DNA from: an uncultured Flavobacteriaceae bacterium
GTDB taxonomy: Bacteria > Bacteroidota > Bacteroidia > Flavobacteriales > Flavobacteriaceae
Assembly: GCA_964275595.1 (NCBI GenBank)
Contig: CAXYDM010000025.1
Location: 15,069 to 79,068, forward strand
Direction: 5' to 3'
DNA: 64,000 nucleotides
Part shown: one piece after another, positions 1 to 9,936 of the stretch
How positions within the stretch are numbered: the stretch's first letter is position 1
Layout: each line of letters starts with the position of its first letter
The notes under the pieces: model-generated
What the model was told of the DNA's origin: nothing
The model's input: only the letters and a program-made list of their open reading frames with translations
Databases searched by the model: none
Position numbers and translations under genes: made by a program

Positions 1-1
1 G

Positions 2-1270
2 TTTGGTTTTTCACCAATTGAAACTCCAAGTTTCGAAAACACAGAAACATTATTAGGTAAATATGGTGATGAAGGGGATAGACTTATATTTAAAATATTA
101 AAATCAGGTAATTTTAAAAAAAACATTGATGATTCAACTCTGCTTTCTGATAACCTTAGTTTAATTTCATCAAACATTTCTGATAAAGCATTAAGGTATG
201 ACCTTACAATTCCTTTTGCAAGATATGTTGTTCAAAATCAAAATGAAATTAACCTGCCATTTAAAAGATATCAAATTCAATTAGTTTGGAGGGCAGACAG
301 GCCTCAAAATGGAAGGTTTAGAGAGTTTTTACAATGTGATGCTGATGTAATTGGTTCTAAGTCTTTACTTCAAGAGGTTGATTTTATTCATTTATTTTCA
401 GATGTATTTAAAAATTTAAAAATTCCTAATTGTAAAATTAGAATTAATCACAGGAAAATACTTATTGGCCTTTCTCAAGTTTTAAAACTTGAAGAAAAGC
501 TTATTGAGTTAACTGTAATTTTAGATAAAACTGATAAAATTGGTAAAGACAAGGTAGTAATTGAAGTCATAAAATTAGGTTTAGACCCGTCTTTACAGGA
601 TGTTTTAGTTAATTACTTATCAATTGATGGAGATTTTATTAATTCAATTAGTTCATTAAATAATTTATTCAATACAAGCACAATTGGCTTAGAGGGTGTA
701 CAAGATTTAAATTCCATTTATAAACTTATTCATTTAAATAATTTAGGCAACACTAAATTAGTGCTTGATACTTCTTTAGCTAGAGGTTTGAGCTATTATA
801 CTGGTACTATTTTTGAAGTGAATGCTAGTGAGGAAGTTAATATTGGGTCTATTGCAGCAGGAGGTAGATATGACGATTTAACTTCTGTGTTTGGTCTAAA
901 TGATGTGAGTGGTATCGGAGTAAGTTTTGGATTAGATAGAATTTATATTGTAATGGAAACTTTAAATTTATTTCCAAAAATCGATAAGACAAAAGTTACT
1001 GTATTGTTTGCAAATACAAACAAGAATCATTTAAATTATCTTCTAAATGGTGTTAATCATTTAAGACTACACAATATCAATACTGACTTTTACCCGGATG
1101 TTGTTAGCTTAAAAAAGCAATTAAAGTACGCAAATAATATTGCTGTTCCTTATGTTGTTATTGTTGATGATAATGAAGTAGAAACCTCTTCATATTGTTT
1201 GAAAAAAATGAATGATGGTTCTCAGATAACACTTTCCATTGAGGAAATAGTCAAGATTTTAAAAAAATAA
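2..1270 (+). CDS. hisS: histidine--tRNA ligase, 5'-truncated by the window edge
   Basis: Frame 2 is open from nt 2; the ORF track starts only at an internal GTG (761). Translation FGFSPIETPSFENTETLLGKYGDEGDRLIFKIL...RYDLTIPFARY...RFREFLQCDADVIG...LARGLSYYTGTIFE...AAGGRYDDL shows class II HisS motifs plus the C-terminal anticodon-binding domain. Confidence 0.9.
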   Translation, partial: FGFSPIETPSFENTETLLGKYGDEGDRLIFKILKSGNFKKNIDDSTLLSDNLSLISSNISDKALRYDLTIPFARYVVQNQNEINLPFKRYQIQLVWRADRPQNGRFREFLQCDADVIGSKSLLQEVDFIHLFSDVFKNLKIPNCKIRINHRKILIGLSQVLKLEEKLIELTVILDKTDKIGKDKVVIEVIKLGLDPSLQDVLVNYLSIDGDFINSISSLNNLFNTSTIGLEGVQDLNSIYKLIHLNNLGNTKLVLDTSLARGLSYYTGTIFEVNASEEVNIGSIAAGGRYDDLTSVFGLNDVSGIGVSFGLDRIYIVMETLNLFPKIDKTKVTVLFANTNKNHLNYLLNGVNHLRLHNINTDFYPDVVSLKKQLKYANNIAVPYVVIVDDNEVETSSYCLKKMNDGSQITLSIEEIVKILKK

Positions 1271-1288
1271 AGTTTTAATGAAAAATTG

Positions 1289-1362
1289 TAGCGAGACCGA
1301 GAATTGAACTCGGGACCTCCGGGTTATGAATCCGACGCTCTAACCATCTGAGCTATCTCGCC
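1289..1362 (-). tRNA. tRNA with CAT anticodon (elongator Met, or Ile2 if lysidine-modified)
   Basis: The reverse complement folds as a 74-nt cloverleaf: GGCGAGA TA GCTC-AGATGGTTA-GAGC G TCGGA-TTCATAA-CCCGG AGGTC CCGAG-TTCAATT-CTCGG TCTCGCT A. T-loop TTCAATT, anticodon CAT. It has a G1-U72 wobble and an A31/C39 mismatch. Confidence 0.8.
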
Positions 1363-1489
1363 ATATTTAAGGTGGTGCAAATATAAAATTAAAATTATAT
1401 AGAACAATAATTGTTTAGTTAATATTTATATTTTTTTATTATATAACTTCATAATTAATGTATATATTACATCTGTTAATATTTTATAA

Positions 1490-1876
1490 ATGAGCGAAAA
1501 AATTAAATACGAAATTGAGTTTCCTATTCAGGCCTCTGAAAAACTTCTTTTTCAATATATATCTTCCCCCTCTGGCTTGTCAGAATGGTTTGCAGATAAT
1601 GTAAATTATAGAGGTGAAGTTTTTATTTTTATTTGGGATGGTGCTGAAGAAAGTGCGAAACTTTTAAGTAAAAAAAATAATGAAAAAATTCGTTTTAAAT
1701 GGCTTGAAGACGATCAGACAAATACATACTTTGAATTTAGAATTCAATTTGATGACATAACAAAAGATGTTTCCCTTATTGTAACTGATTTTGCTGAGCA
1801 AGACGAGTTGGAAGAATCTAAAATGTTATGGACTAATCAAATATCTGACTTAAAAAAAATATTAGGTTCATCTTAG
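1490..1876 (+). CDS. START-like/SRPBCC-fold small protein
   Basis: 128-aa ORF (LFQYISSPSGLSEWFADNV...) resembling the START-like domain proteins conserved in Flavobacteriia. Family call made from memory only. Confidence 0.5.
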   Translation: MSEKIKYEIEFPIQASEKLLFQYISSPSGLSEWFADNVNYRGEVFIFIWDGAEESAKLLSKKNNEKIRFKWLEDDQTNTYFEFRIQFDDITKDVSLIVTDFAEQDELEESKMLWTNQISDLKKILGSS

Positions 1877-1883
1877 CACGATT

Positions 1884-2720
1884 ATGGTAAACATAAATGG
1901 ACAAATATATGCAAATGATGATGCATTCATTTCTATATTTAATACTAGTCTCATTTCCGGAGATCTTATTTTCGAAAATATAATTGTGAGTCGTAATAAA
2001 GTCCTTTTTTACGAAGATCATTATTTTAATCTTTTGTCCTCAATGAGGATTTTAAAAATTAAAATACCTATGTCTTTTACACCTGAATTTTTAGAAAATC
2101 AATTGTTATCTCTATACGCTAAATCTGGTTTTGTAGACGATAATATATTAATGAGAATTTTAATTTGTAATAATGTTGCTAGTAAAGTTAACCCTACGTC
2201 TGTAAAATATTATATTTACGATTCTCAAAAGATTAATTATTCTATTAGTAATTTTGAAAAATATACTTTAGATGTTTTTAAAGATTACTTTAAAAATACT
2301 GGACTTTTATCAAACCTTTCTACTAATAACCAGTTAATTCAAAGGATCGGACTAAGGTACTGTCAAGAAAATGATTTTAATGATTGTGTAATCTTAAATA
2401 ATTCTAAGACTATTTCAGAGAGTTTAAAAGGAAATATTTTCATGGTAATGAACGATAAAGTTCTTACTCCTCCACTAAAGGATGGGAGTAATAACAATGT
2501 AATTAGAACTAAAATAATAGAGCTTATAAATAATGATATACAAGGGTTTGATGTTATTGAACAATCATTATCTGTTTTTGATATACAGAAATCAAATGAA
2601 TTATTTATTTCAAATATCAATTTCGGAATTCAACCTGTTTATAAATTTAGAAAAAAAGTTTTTACAGATGAAATTACTTCATTAATAATGAATAAACTTA
2701 CTTTATTAGTTATGGGATAG
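1884..2720 (+). CDS. class IV aminotransferase / aminodeoxychorismate lyase-like protein
   Basis: 278-aa ORF whose size and N-terminus (NGQIYANDDAFISIFNTSL...FENI) are typical of PabC-like fold-type IV PLP enzymes. Confidence 0.55.
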   Translation: MVNINGQIYANDDAFISIFNTSLISGDLIFENIIVSRNKVLFYEDHYFNLLSSMRILKIKIPMSFTPEFLENQLLSLYAKSGFVDDNILMRILICNNVASKVNPTSVKYYIYDSQKINYSISNFEKYTLDVFKDYFKNTGLLSNLSTNNQLIQRIGLRYCQENDFNDCVILNNSKTISESLKGNIFMVMNDKVLTPPLKDGSNNNVIRTKIIELINNDIQGFDVIEQSLSVFDIQKSNELFISNINFGIQPVYKFRKKVFTDEITSLIMNKLTLLVMG

Positions 2721-3260
2721 ATTTTCTGGGGCATTAGACCAAATAGTATATTCACCTCCTAGATTAATCATAGTTTTTTTCCATGAGTTACTCATCTTTG
2801 TAAAAATATCTTCAGATTTAATTTTAGTACATTTAATCCAATTATCATCTCTAACTTCATTTATTAATTGTTTAGCTGACCAGCCGGTATAACCTAAGCA
2901 AAATTTTATGTCTTTAGTAGTTATTTTTTTAGAGTTAATTAAATCAACTATTGTATCAAAATCTCCACTCCAAAATAGTTGTTGATTGATTTTTATACTT
3001 TTAGGAATTAAATGTCCTAGGTTGTGAATGTAATATAAATTATCTTTATTAACTGGACCTCCATGGTAAACATCAAAATCTATATTAATTTCTGGGATAA
3101 TATCTTTAAGTTTATAATCTAAAATTTTATTAATTATTAAACCAACGACTTCGTTTTCTATTGAGCTAGAAGTAATAAGTATTATAGACCTATTAAATTG
3201 AATGTCATTAACTATACTCGGATCTGCAATTATTAGATCTCCTTTTTTTAAATGAGTCAT
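2706..3260 (-). CDS. YqgE/AlgH family protein (UPF0301)
   Basis: 184 aa; LIIADPSIVNDIQFNRSIILI...GLIINK...GGPV...GYTGWSAKQL is the YqgE/AlgH signature. Confidence 0.75.
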   Translation of the reverse strand: MTHLKKGDLIIADPSIVNDIQFNRSIILITSSSIENEVVGLIINKILDYKLKDIIPEINIDFDVYHGGPVNKDNLYYIHNLGHLIPKSIKINQQLFWSGDFDTIVDLINSKKITTKDIKFCLGYTGWSAKQLINEVRDDNWIKCTKIKSEDIFTKMSNSWKKTMINLGGEYTIWSNAPENLSHN

Positions 3261-3262
3261 TA

Positions 3263-4213
3263 TTAAATAAATTTTGAGCTTAAATCAAACTTAAATCCGT
3301 TCATTAAATCTGATATCTTCATGCTTTTTTTACCCTGAACTTTTATTTCTTGAGGGATTAAAAAACCATCTTTAGTTGCTATTTTTATTTGTTTCTTTTC
3401 AATTATTATTAGACCACTATCTAATTGATGAGTTTCTATTTCAATTCTAGAACTATAAATAATAATCTTTAAAGTTTCATTTCCGTGAACTAAGAAACAA
3501 TTTGCTCCTGGAAATGGGCTAAGCCCTCTTATTTTATTATATATATTAGATGTGTTCATAGACCAATCTATTCTGCAATTTTCTTTATTTAGTTTATTTG
3601 CTGAATTTAAATTAGGGGTATTTATTTGAGGCTTTAAATTTATTTTACCACTGATAATATTATTAACAGTATTTAAGATTAAATCTGCTCCTATCTTTTT
3701 TAATTTGTGGAATAAATCTCCGTAGCTGTCAAGTATATCAATTTTTATAGTTCTTTGATCTATAATATCTCCAGTATCAATATTTTCATTTATAAAAAAT
3801 GTTGATACGCCAGTAATTTTTTCTCCATTAATAATGACCCAATTGATTGGTGCTGCTCCTCTATAATCAGGGAGAAGGGATGCATGAAGATTGATTGTCC
3901 CTAGTTTTGGAATAGCCCAAACAGATTTAGGTAACATTCTAAAGGCAACAACAATAAAAAGATCACTCTTTAATAAATTTAACTCTTCAATAAATGAAGA
4001 GCACTTTAAATTTGATGGTTGAATAATTTTTAAATTATTTTCTTTCGCATATATTTTTACTGATGATTCTTTTATTTTCAAACCTCTACCTGCTGGTTTA
4101 TCTTCTGCAGTTATTACAGCTATAACATTAAAATTATCATTTAAAATACTTAAACTTTCAACTGCAAAGGCTGTTGTGCCAAAAAAAATAATTTTGATTT
4201 TCTTAGACATCAT
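3263..4213 (-). CDS. fmt: methionyl-tRNA formyltransferase
   Basis: 316 aa; IIFFGTTAFAV..., NLHASLLPDYRGAAPINWVIINGEK, TGVSTFFI. Confidence 0.9.
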   Translation of the reverse strand: MMSKKIKIIFFGTTAFAVESLSILNDNFNVIAVITAEDKPAGRGLKIKESSVKIYAKENNLKIIQPSNLKCSSFIEELNLLKSDLFIVVAFRMLPKSVWAIPKLGTINLHASLLPDYRGAAPINWVIINGEKITGVSTFFINENIDTGDIIDQRTIKIDILDSYGDLFHKLKKIGADLILNTVNNIISGKINLKPQINTPNLNSANKLNKENCRIDWSMNTSNIYNKIRGLSPFPGANCFLVHGNETLKIIIYSSRIEIETHQLDSGLIIIEKKQIKIATKDGFLIPQEIKVQGKKSMKISDLMNGFKFDLSSKFI

Positions 4214-4745
4214 TTTTGATATTATTAATTATAAAATCCTTTCTTTTTATAATAGACATGTTTGGTATCTCTACAATATTGTATTTAAAATTTGTGTATG
4301 TTTTGTAGATGTATTTATCAATTTCCAGTGATTCTTCAAAACTCTCATATCTTTCTTTATCATTTACAAATATATCTTTCCATGGTCTTAATATAAATAC
4401 TACATCATATCTGTATTTTTCACATGCAGTGATATATTGCTTGTCATATTTCATTTTTTTAAAATCTAAGTATGCTACAACATCTGGAATACCTCTATCA
4501 AAAAAAACATTTTCTATTTCAATTTTATTTGAATCAGTAAATTGATTAATTCTAGATTCAAGTAGTAAATCACTAAACAACAAAGGGTTTGTTAAAAAAA
4601 GCTGATCTATACCTTTCTTTTTGTAAGAATTAATTACTTCTCTTGATTTTTCTTCAAAACCAACAAATCCATCACTAATTAGGCTGTTAAATAATGATGT
4701 TTTACCTGTACCAGGCCCTCCAGTAATTAAAATTTTTTTTGACAT
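4203..4745 (-). CDS. P-loop AAA-type ATPase (NadR/AAA_28-like)
   Basis: 180 aa; Walker A ITGGPGTGKTS at the N-terminus; 11-nt overlap with fmt. Confidence 0.6.
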   Translation of the reverse strand: MSKKILITGGPGTGKTSLFNSLISDGFVGFEEKSREVINSYKKKGIDQLFLTNPLLFSDLLLESRINQFTDSNKIEIENVFFDRGIPDVVAYLDFKKMKYDKQYITACEKYRYDVVFILRPWKDIFVNDKERYESFEESLEIDKYIYKTYTNFKYNIVEIPNMSIIKRKDFIINNIKNDV

Positions 4746-4840
4746 TATATAAAAATATACTGTAAAAATCGGGATTAATAAGTAATATAAAAAATATTAA
4801 TAACCACTATATTTAATTTATTACTTAATTTTACTTTCTT

Positions 4841-5125
4841 ATGAGTAAATCAGAGGAATTTTATGAAAAGTTAAACAACCAATTAGAGTCTACAAATACT
4901 TGGCCTAATTTTTATCTTTTTAAATTCATTATTAAGTCTGAATCTAACAATCTTGAAACTATAAAAGTTATTTTTAAAAATTTAGATTCAGAAATCAATA
5001 CAAAATCTTCAAAAAACAACAAATACTGTAGTATTTCAATTAAAGCTTTTATGAAATCACCAATCGATATTATCAATATATATAAAGACGTGGGTGTAAA
5101 AATACCAGATGTAATATCTTTATAA
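4841..5125 (+). CDS. DUF493 (YbeD-like) family protein
   Basis: 94 aa; WPNFYLFKFIIKSE motif and size typical of DUF493. Confidence 0.5.
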   Translation: MSKSEEFYEKLNNQLESTNTWPNFYLFKFIIKSESNNLETIKVIFKNLDSEINTKSSKNNKYCSISIKAFMKSPIDIINIYKDVGVKIPDVISL

Positions 5126-5204
5126 AACTTACCTAATTGATTTTTATTTTGTATTTTGCTATCATATTTAACTTCACTTATAACATAATTTAATTTTTAT
5201 AATT

Positions 5205-5837
5205 TTGATTGAAAACATAGAATATAATACAGAAAGAGAATTTTTAATAATTCCAGAATATGGCAGACATGTTCAAAAAATGATTAATCATGCTACTTCT
5301 AGAGAAACTAAAGAGGAAAGAAATAAGTTAGCCAAGGCTATAATTTCGGTCATGGGTAATATGCAACCTCACTTAAGAGATGTGTCAGATTTTCAACATA
5401 AATTATGGGATCAATTATTTATAATGTCTGACTTTAAATTAGATGCTGATTCTCCTTATGAAAAACCATCGAAAGAATTATTAGAGGCAAGGCCATCTCC
5501 ATTAAAATATCCGCAGAACTTCCCAAAATATCGTTATTATGGTAACAATATTAAAACTATGATAGATGTAGCAATTACATGGGATGATGGTGAAATGAAG
5601 GAGGCTTTAATGTATACGATTGCAAATCACATGAAAAAGTGTTTTTTAAATTGGAATAAAGATACAGTAACTGATATTGTTATATTTAATCAATTATTTG
5701 AGCTTTCAGATGGAAAAATTGATTTAAGAAACTCAGATGAAAAACTTCAAGATTCTGCTTTGTTATTAAAAGATAGAAAAAAGTTTACTGCTAAAAAGCC
5801 TTTTAAAAAGAATAATAAACCAAGAAAAAGATATTAA
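5205..5837 (+). CDS. DUF4290 domain protein
   Basis: 210 aa, TTG start; EYNTEREFLIIPEYGRHVQKMINHA...RNKLAKAIISVMGNMQPHLRD, as in Bacteroidota DUF4290 proteins found next to murA. Confidence 0.65.
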   Translation: MIENIEYNTEREFLIIPEYGRHVQKMINHATSRETKEERNKLAKAIISVMGNMQPHLRDVSDFQHKLWDQLFIMSDFKLDADSPYEKPSKELLEARPSPLKYPQNFPKYRYYGNNIKTMIDVAITWDDGEMKEALMYTIANHMKKCFLNWNKDTVTDIVIFNQLFELSDGKIDLRNSDEKLQDSALLLKDRKKFTAKKPFKKNNKPRKRY

Positions 5838-5843
5838 TTAATC

Positions 5844-7151
5844 ATGCAATCATTTAAAATTGAGGGTGGACATAAGCTTAAAGGGGAGATATTCCCACAA
5901 GGTGCCAAAAACGAGGCATTACAAATTATATGTGCAGTTCTCTTAACTGATAAAAAAATATTGATCAATAATATTCCAAATATTATTGATGTTAATAAGC
6001 TAATTAGTTTATTGCAAAAACTTGGAGTTAAAGTAAATAAAATCAATAACAATTCTTTTAGCTTTCAAAGTGATGAAATCAACCTTGGTTATTTAGAGTC
6101 TGATGAATTTAAAATTGACGGTAAGGGCTTAAGAGGTTCAATTATGATTGTTGGCCCTTTATTAGCAAGGTTTGGAAAGGGTTATATACCTAAGCCAGGT
6201 GGGGATAAAATTGGAAGAAGAAGGCTTGATACTCATTTTGAGGGGCTTATAAAGTTAGGGGCTAAATTTAGATACAGAAAAGAAGATCATTTTTATGGTG
6301 TTGAATCTAATCAACTTAAAGGTGCTTATATATTATTAGATGAAGCCTCTGTTACTGGAACAGCTAATATTTTAATGGCAGCTGTGTTAGCAGAGGGTAA
6401 AACATCTATTTACAATGCTGCTTGCGAACCATACATTCAGCAATTATGTAAAATGCTTAACCGAATGGGTGCTAAAATTAGCGGGGTAGGTTCGAACCTC
6501 TTAATAATTGACGGTGTCGATAGTTTAAATGGTACTGAGCATACGATGCTTCCAGACATGATAGAGATTGGTAGTTGGATAGGTTTAGCTGCGATGACAA
6601 AAAGTGAGCTCACAATAAAAAATGTTAGTTGGGAGAATTTAGGTCAAATTCCTTTTGTTTTTAAAAAACTAGGAATAAATATTGAGAAAAGGAATGATGA
6701 TATATTTGTTTCTGGGCATGAAAATGGTTATGAAATTCAAAATTATATAGATGGTTCAATTTTAACTATTTCAGATGCTCCTTGGCCTGGATTTACACCA
6801 GATTTGTTAAGTATTATATTGGTTGTAGCAACTCAAGCCAGAGGAAGTGTACTTATTCATCAAAAAATGTTTGAAAGTAGATTGTTTTTTGTGGATAAAC
6901 TTATTGATATGGGTGCTAAAATAATCTTATGTGACCCTCATAGAGCTTCTGTTATAGGTCATGATTTTAAGTCTATGTTAAAAGCCACTACTATGACTTC
7001 TCCGGATATAAGAGCAGGTATTTCATTGTTGATTGCTGCTTTATCTGCTAAAGGAACCTCGACAATACATAACATCGAGCAAATAGATAGAGGATATGAA
7101 AATATAGATGAAAGATTAAGATCAATCGGAGCTAAAATAGAACGTATTTAA
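5844..7151 (+). CDS. murA: UDP-N-acetylglucosamine 1-carboxyvinyltransferase, with Asp at the fosfomycin-target position
   Basis: 435 aa; GAKNEAL, LLARFGKGYIPKPGGDKIGRRRLDTH (aligns to E. coli [25 protein letters not shown]), C-terminal IDRGYENIDERL. Confidence 0.92.
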   Translation: MQSFKIEGGHKLKGEIFPQGAKNEALQIICAVLLTDKKILINNIPNIIDVNKLISLLQKLGVKVNKINNNSFSFQSDEINLGYLESDEFKIDGKGLRGSIMIVGPLLARFGKGYIPKPGGDKIGRRRLDTHFEGLIKLGAKFRYRKEDHFYGVESNQLKGAYILLDEASVTGTANILMAAVLAEGKTSIYNAACEPYIQQLCKMLNRMGAKISGVGSNLLIIDGVDSLNGTEHTMLPDMIEIGSWIGLAAMTKSELTIKNVSWENLGQIPFVFKKLGINIEKRNDDIFVSGHENGYEIQNYIDGSILTISDAPWPGFTPDLLSIILVVATQARGSVLIHQKMFESRLFFVDKLIDMGAKIILCDPHRASVIGHDFKSMLKATTMTSPDIRAGISLLIAALSAKGTSTIHNIEQIDRGYENIDERLRSIGAKIERI

Positions 7152-8584
7152 TTATCATTTACTGGTGGTGGTCCCTCTGGTACCATAGCGATATAAATTT
7201 CACTCCCTTTTCTTTCTAAATATTCATTTTTAACTTTCTTCACAAGTTCATCATTTTGGTATAAATCTGACATTGTCATTGCAATTGCCTTTGATGCATG
7301 GAGCATTCCTTTATGGCCAATACTCATTCCTCCGCAAGCAACTACAGCCCATGAGTGCCAAGGTGTACCAATTGGAGCGGTAGCAACACCTACATTAATA
7401 TTAGCTACATTCCAGCTAACATCTCCAACATCTGTTGATCCGCCACCAGGGTGTTCTCTGGTGTCCATTAATGGTCTAATTTCCGAATCCATTCCGTCCT
7501 GGGGTTTTGATGTTACTTCTTGTATTTTTTTCGCAAACTCTATCTCTTCTTTGGAATATTCAATTGGTCCTAAGATTTCTAAATTATTTTGCATAATCGC
7601 GCCTCCAGATCTATTTACTAAAGTTTCATAAATTCCAGAAATTAATGAAACTTTATAATCAACATTTGCTAAAATTGCAGCTCCTTCAGCCATTTCGACA
7701 ACTCGTTCGTAAACTGGATACATACCAGATCTTTTTGTATCTCTTACTCTCATCCATAATTTCGAATAATCTGGCACAACATTTACAACCTGCCCGCCAT
7801 CCTGAATATGATAATGCATTCGTACAGTTGGTTTTACATGTTCTCTGTAGTAATTAACTCCAGTTGTATAAAGTTCTAGTGCATCTGAGGCACTTCTTCC
7901 ATTCCATGGATCCATGGATGCATGTGCTGCTTGACCAAAAAATTCAATTTTAAAATCTATTAACGCTAATGAACTTTGAACATCAGCTTCAGTTTGTGCT
8001 GCTGGATGCCAACTAAGATTTACATCTACATCATCCCATAAGCCTTCTTTAACCATCCATATTTTTCCAAAATATTTTTCTTCACTTGGAGTTCCAAAAA
8101 ACTTTACTGTACCGCTTATTTTACCGCTTTCTATTAATTCTTTAATAGCAATTGCTGCTCCTAAACTTCCTGCGCCAAATAAATTGTGTCCACATCCGTG
8201 ACCAGCTCCTCCTTCAACTAAAGGAGATTTTGTGGGCTTTGTTTCTTGAGATATTCCTGGAAGTGCATCAAATTCACCTAAAACACTAATCACAGGGCTC
8301 CCATTTCCATAACTTGCTACAAAAGCTGTTGGCATGCCAGCTACGCCCATTTCAACACTAAAACCGTTCATGGTTGCGTAATCGGCTAATATCTTAGATG
8401 ATTTATGTTCGTTGAAAGCAGTTTCTGCTAGACTCCAAATTTTATCACTAATGTTAATTAGGTTAGAAGAATGTTTTTCAATAGAATTCAAAATATCTTG
8501 ATTTATATCAGACACTTTACTTTGAGAAAAGTTTAGATTAATTGAAAAAATAAATAACATGCAAATAAAGGGCAGATTTTTCAT
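7148..8584 (-). CDS. secreted M20-family amidohydrolase (AbgB/M20D-like)
   Basis: 478 aa; signal peptide MKNLPFICMLFIFSINLNFSQ; metal-binding GHGCGHNLFG; FFGTPSEE. Confidence 0.75.
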   Translation of the reverse strand: MKNLPFICMLFIFSINLNFSQSKVSDINQDILNSIEKHSSNLINISDKIWSLAETAFNEHKSSKILADYATMNGFSVEMGVAGMPTAFVASYGNGSPVISVLGEFDALPGISQETKPTKSPLVEGGAGHGCGHNLFGAGSLGAAIAIKELIESGKISGTVKFFGTPSEEKYFGKIWMVKEGLWDDVDVNLSWHPAAQTEADVQSSLALIDFKIEFFGQAAHASMDPWNGRSASDALELYTTGVNYYREHVKPTVRMHYHIQDGGQVVNVVPDYSKLWMRVRDTKRSGMYPVYERVVEMAEGAAILANVDYKVSLISGIYETLVNRSGGAIMQNNLEILGPIEYSKEEIEFAKKIQEVTSKPQDGMDSEIRPLMDTREHPGGGSTDVGDVSWNVANINVGVATAPIGTPWHSWAVVACGGMSIGHKGMLHASKAIAMTMSDLYQNDELVKKVKNEYLERKGSEIYIAMVPEGPPPVNDN

Positions 8585-8628
8585 AAAAAAATAAGTTTAG
8601 TTACTTAAATATAACGATTATTATGAAC

Positions 8629-9936
8629 TTATTCTAAACCTTTTTTATATGTTTCCAAACATCTTTGTCTGGCGAATTTATGATCAACAATTGGTTTAGG
8701 GTAATCCAATTCATTTAAATTTTTCACCCATTTGTTAATATACTTTAATTCTTTATCAAACTTTATAGCTTGAGTTGTTGGGTTAAAAATTCTAAAATAT
8801 GGAGCTGAGTCAACTCCAGTTCCAGCAGCCCATTGCCAATTCCCAATATTACTAGATAACTCGTAATCAAATAGTTTTTTAGCAAAGTATGCCTCTCCCC
8901 ATCTCCAGTCAATTAGTAAATGTTTACATAAAAAACCTGCTGTAATCATTCTTACTCTGTTGTGCATGAATCCGGTAGCATTTAATTCTCTCATTCCAGC
9001 ATCTACAATTGGGTACCCAGTTTTTCCTTCACACCATTTCTTAAAAGATTCTTCATCGTAGAGCCATTGTACATTTTCATATTTTTCCTTAAAACATCTG
9101 GTCTGCGTGTTTGGGAAAAACCATAAAATCTGCATAAAAAATTCTCTCCATATTAATTCTTGTAAAAAAATCTCATTTTTGCATTTTAAAACAAACAATA
9201 AAACTTGTCTAATACTCACTGTACCAAATCTTAGATGAGGACCAATCTTACTAGTTGAATTTAAAGAAGGAAAATTTCTTTCATTTTCGTATTTTTCTAC
9301 CAAATCTTCATCGAGCTTGTAATTTGGTATCTCCAATTTTGATTTTTCAAATCCTAGACTATTGAGGGAAGACCAATTATAGCTGCTGTTTTTTGAATAA
9401 AAGTTATGAGTTAAATCTTTAGACTTAAAATTTGACAGGTTTGTATTGTCTAGTTTTGTTTTCCATTTTCTCATGTATGGTGTATATACTACATAAGGAG
9501 TTTTGTCATCTTTCGTTATTTCATCTTTTTCAAAAATAACTTGATCTTTAAAACTTGAAAATTGAATGTTTTTGCTTGATAAAAATTCATTAATCTTTTT
9601 ATCTCTAGTAATAGCATAGGGCTCATAATCATGATTTGAAAAAACCCCCTCAATATTATAATCAATAATTAGCTTTTGAATTACTTCTAAAGGTTTTCCT
9701 TTTAAAACTAAAAGTTTAGAGTTGTATTTTGTAGATAGAGTACTATTTATAGACTCTAATTGCTTATAAATAAAGTTTATTCTTGGGTCGTCTTTATCTA
9801 ATTCAAACGTGATATTTTCATCAAAAATAAATAATGGGATAACTTCTAATTTATTATTTAGAGCTTCATAAAGACCAATATTGTCATTAAGTCTAAGATC
9901 TCTTCTAAACCAAAAAATATTTACCTTATCACTCAT
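8629..9936 (-). CDS. cryptochrome/photolyase family protein (deoxyribodipyrimidine photolyase or DASH-type)
   Basis: 435 aa; IFWFRRDLRLNDN at the N-terminus; FAD domain GYPIVDAGMRELNATGFMHNRVRM...NWQWAAGTG.DSAPYFRIFNP. Confidence 0.88.
   Translation of the reverse strand: MSDKVNIFWFRRDLRLNDNIGLYEALNNKLEVIPLFIFDENITFELDKDDPRINFIYKQLESINSTLSTKYNSKLLVLKGKPLEVIQKLIIDYNIEGVFSNHDYEPYAITRDKKINEFLSSKNIQFSSFKDQVIFEKDEITKDDKTPYVVYTPYMRKWKTKLDNTNLSNFKSKDLTHNFYSKNSSYNWSSLNSLGFEKSKLEIPNYKLDEDLVEKYENERNFPSLNSTSKIGPHLRFGTVSIRQVLLFVLKCKNEIFLQELIWREFFMQILWFFPNTQTRCFKEKYENVQWLYDEESFKKWCEGKTGYPIVDAGMRELNATGFMHNRVRMITAGFLCKHLLIDWRWGEAYFAKKLFDYELSSNIGNWQWAAGTGVDSAPYFRIFNPTTQAIKFDKELKYINKWVKNLNELDYPKPIVDHKFARQRCLETYKKGLE

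Noticed and set aside
1289-1362. Assigning the CAT-anticodon tRNA specifically as initiator tRNA-fMet or as tRNA-Ile2
   Set aside because: Position 1:72 is a G-U pair, not the C-A mismatch of initiators. The anticodon stem lacks the three consecutive G-C pairs. Telling elongator Met from lysidine-modified Ile2 needs a covariance-model or TilS-determinant comparison that I cannot run, so I left it as CAT (Met/Ile2).
4203-4745. P-loop ATPase as part of a defence system
   Set aside because: It is a 180-aa NadR/AAA_28-like kinase-type ATPase that overlaps fmt in a housekeeping operon. There is no adjacent nuclease, helicase, methylase, TIR/SIR2 or effector gene.
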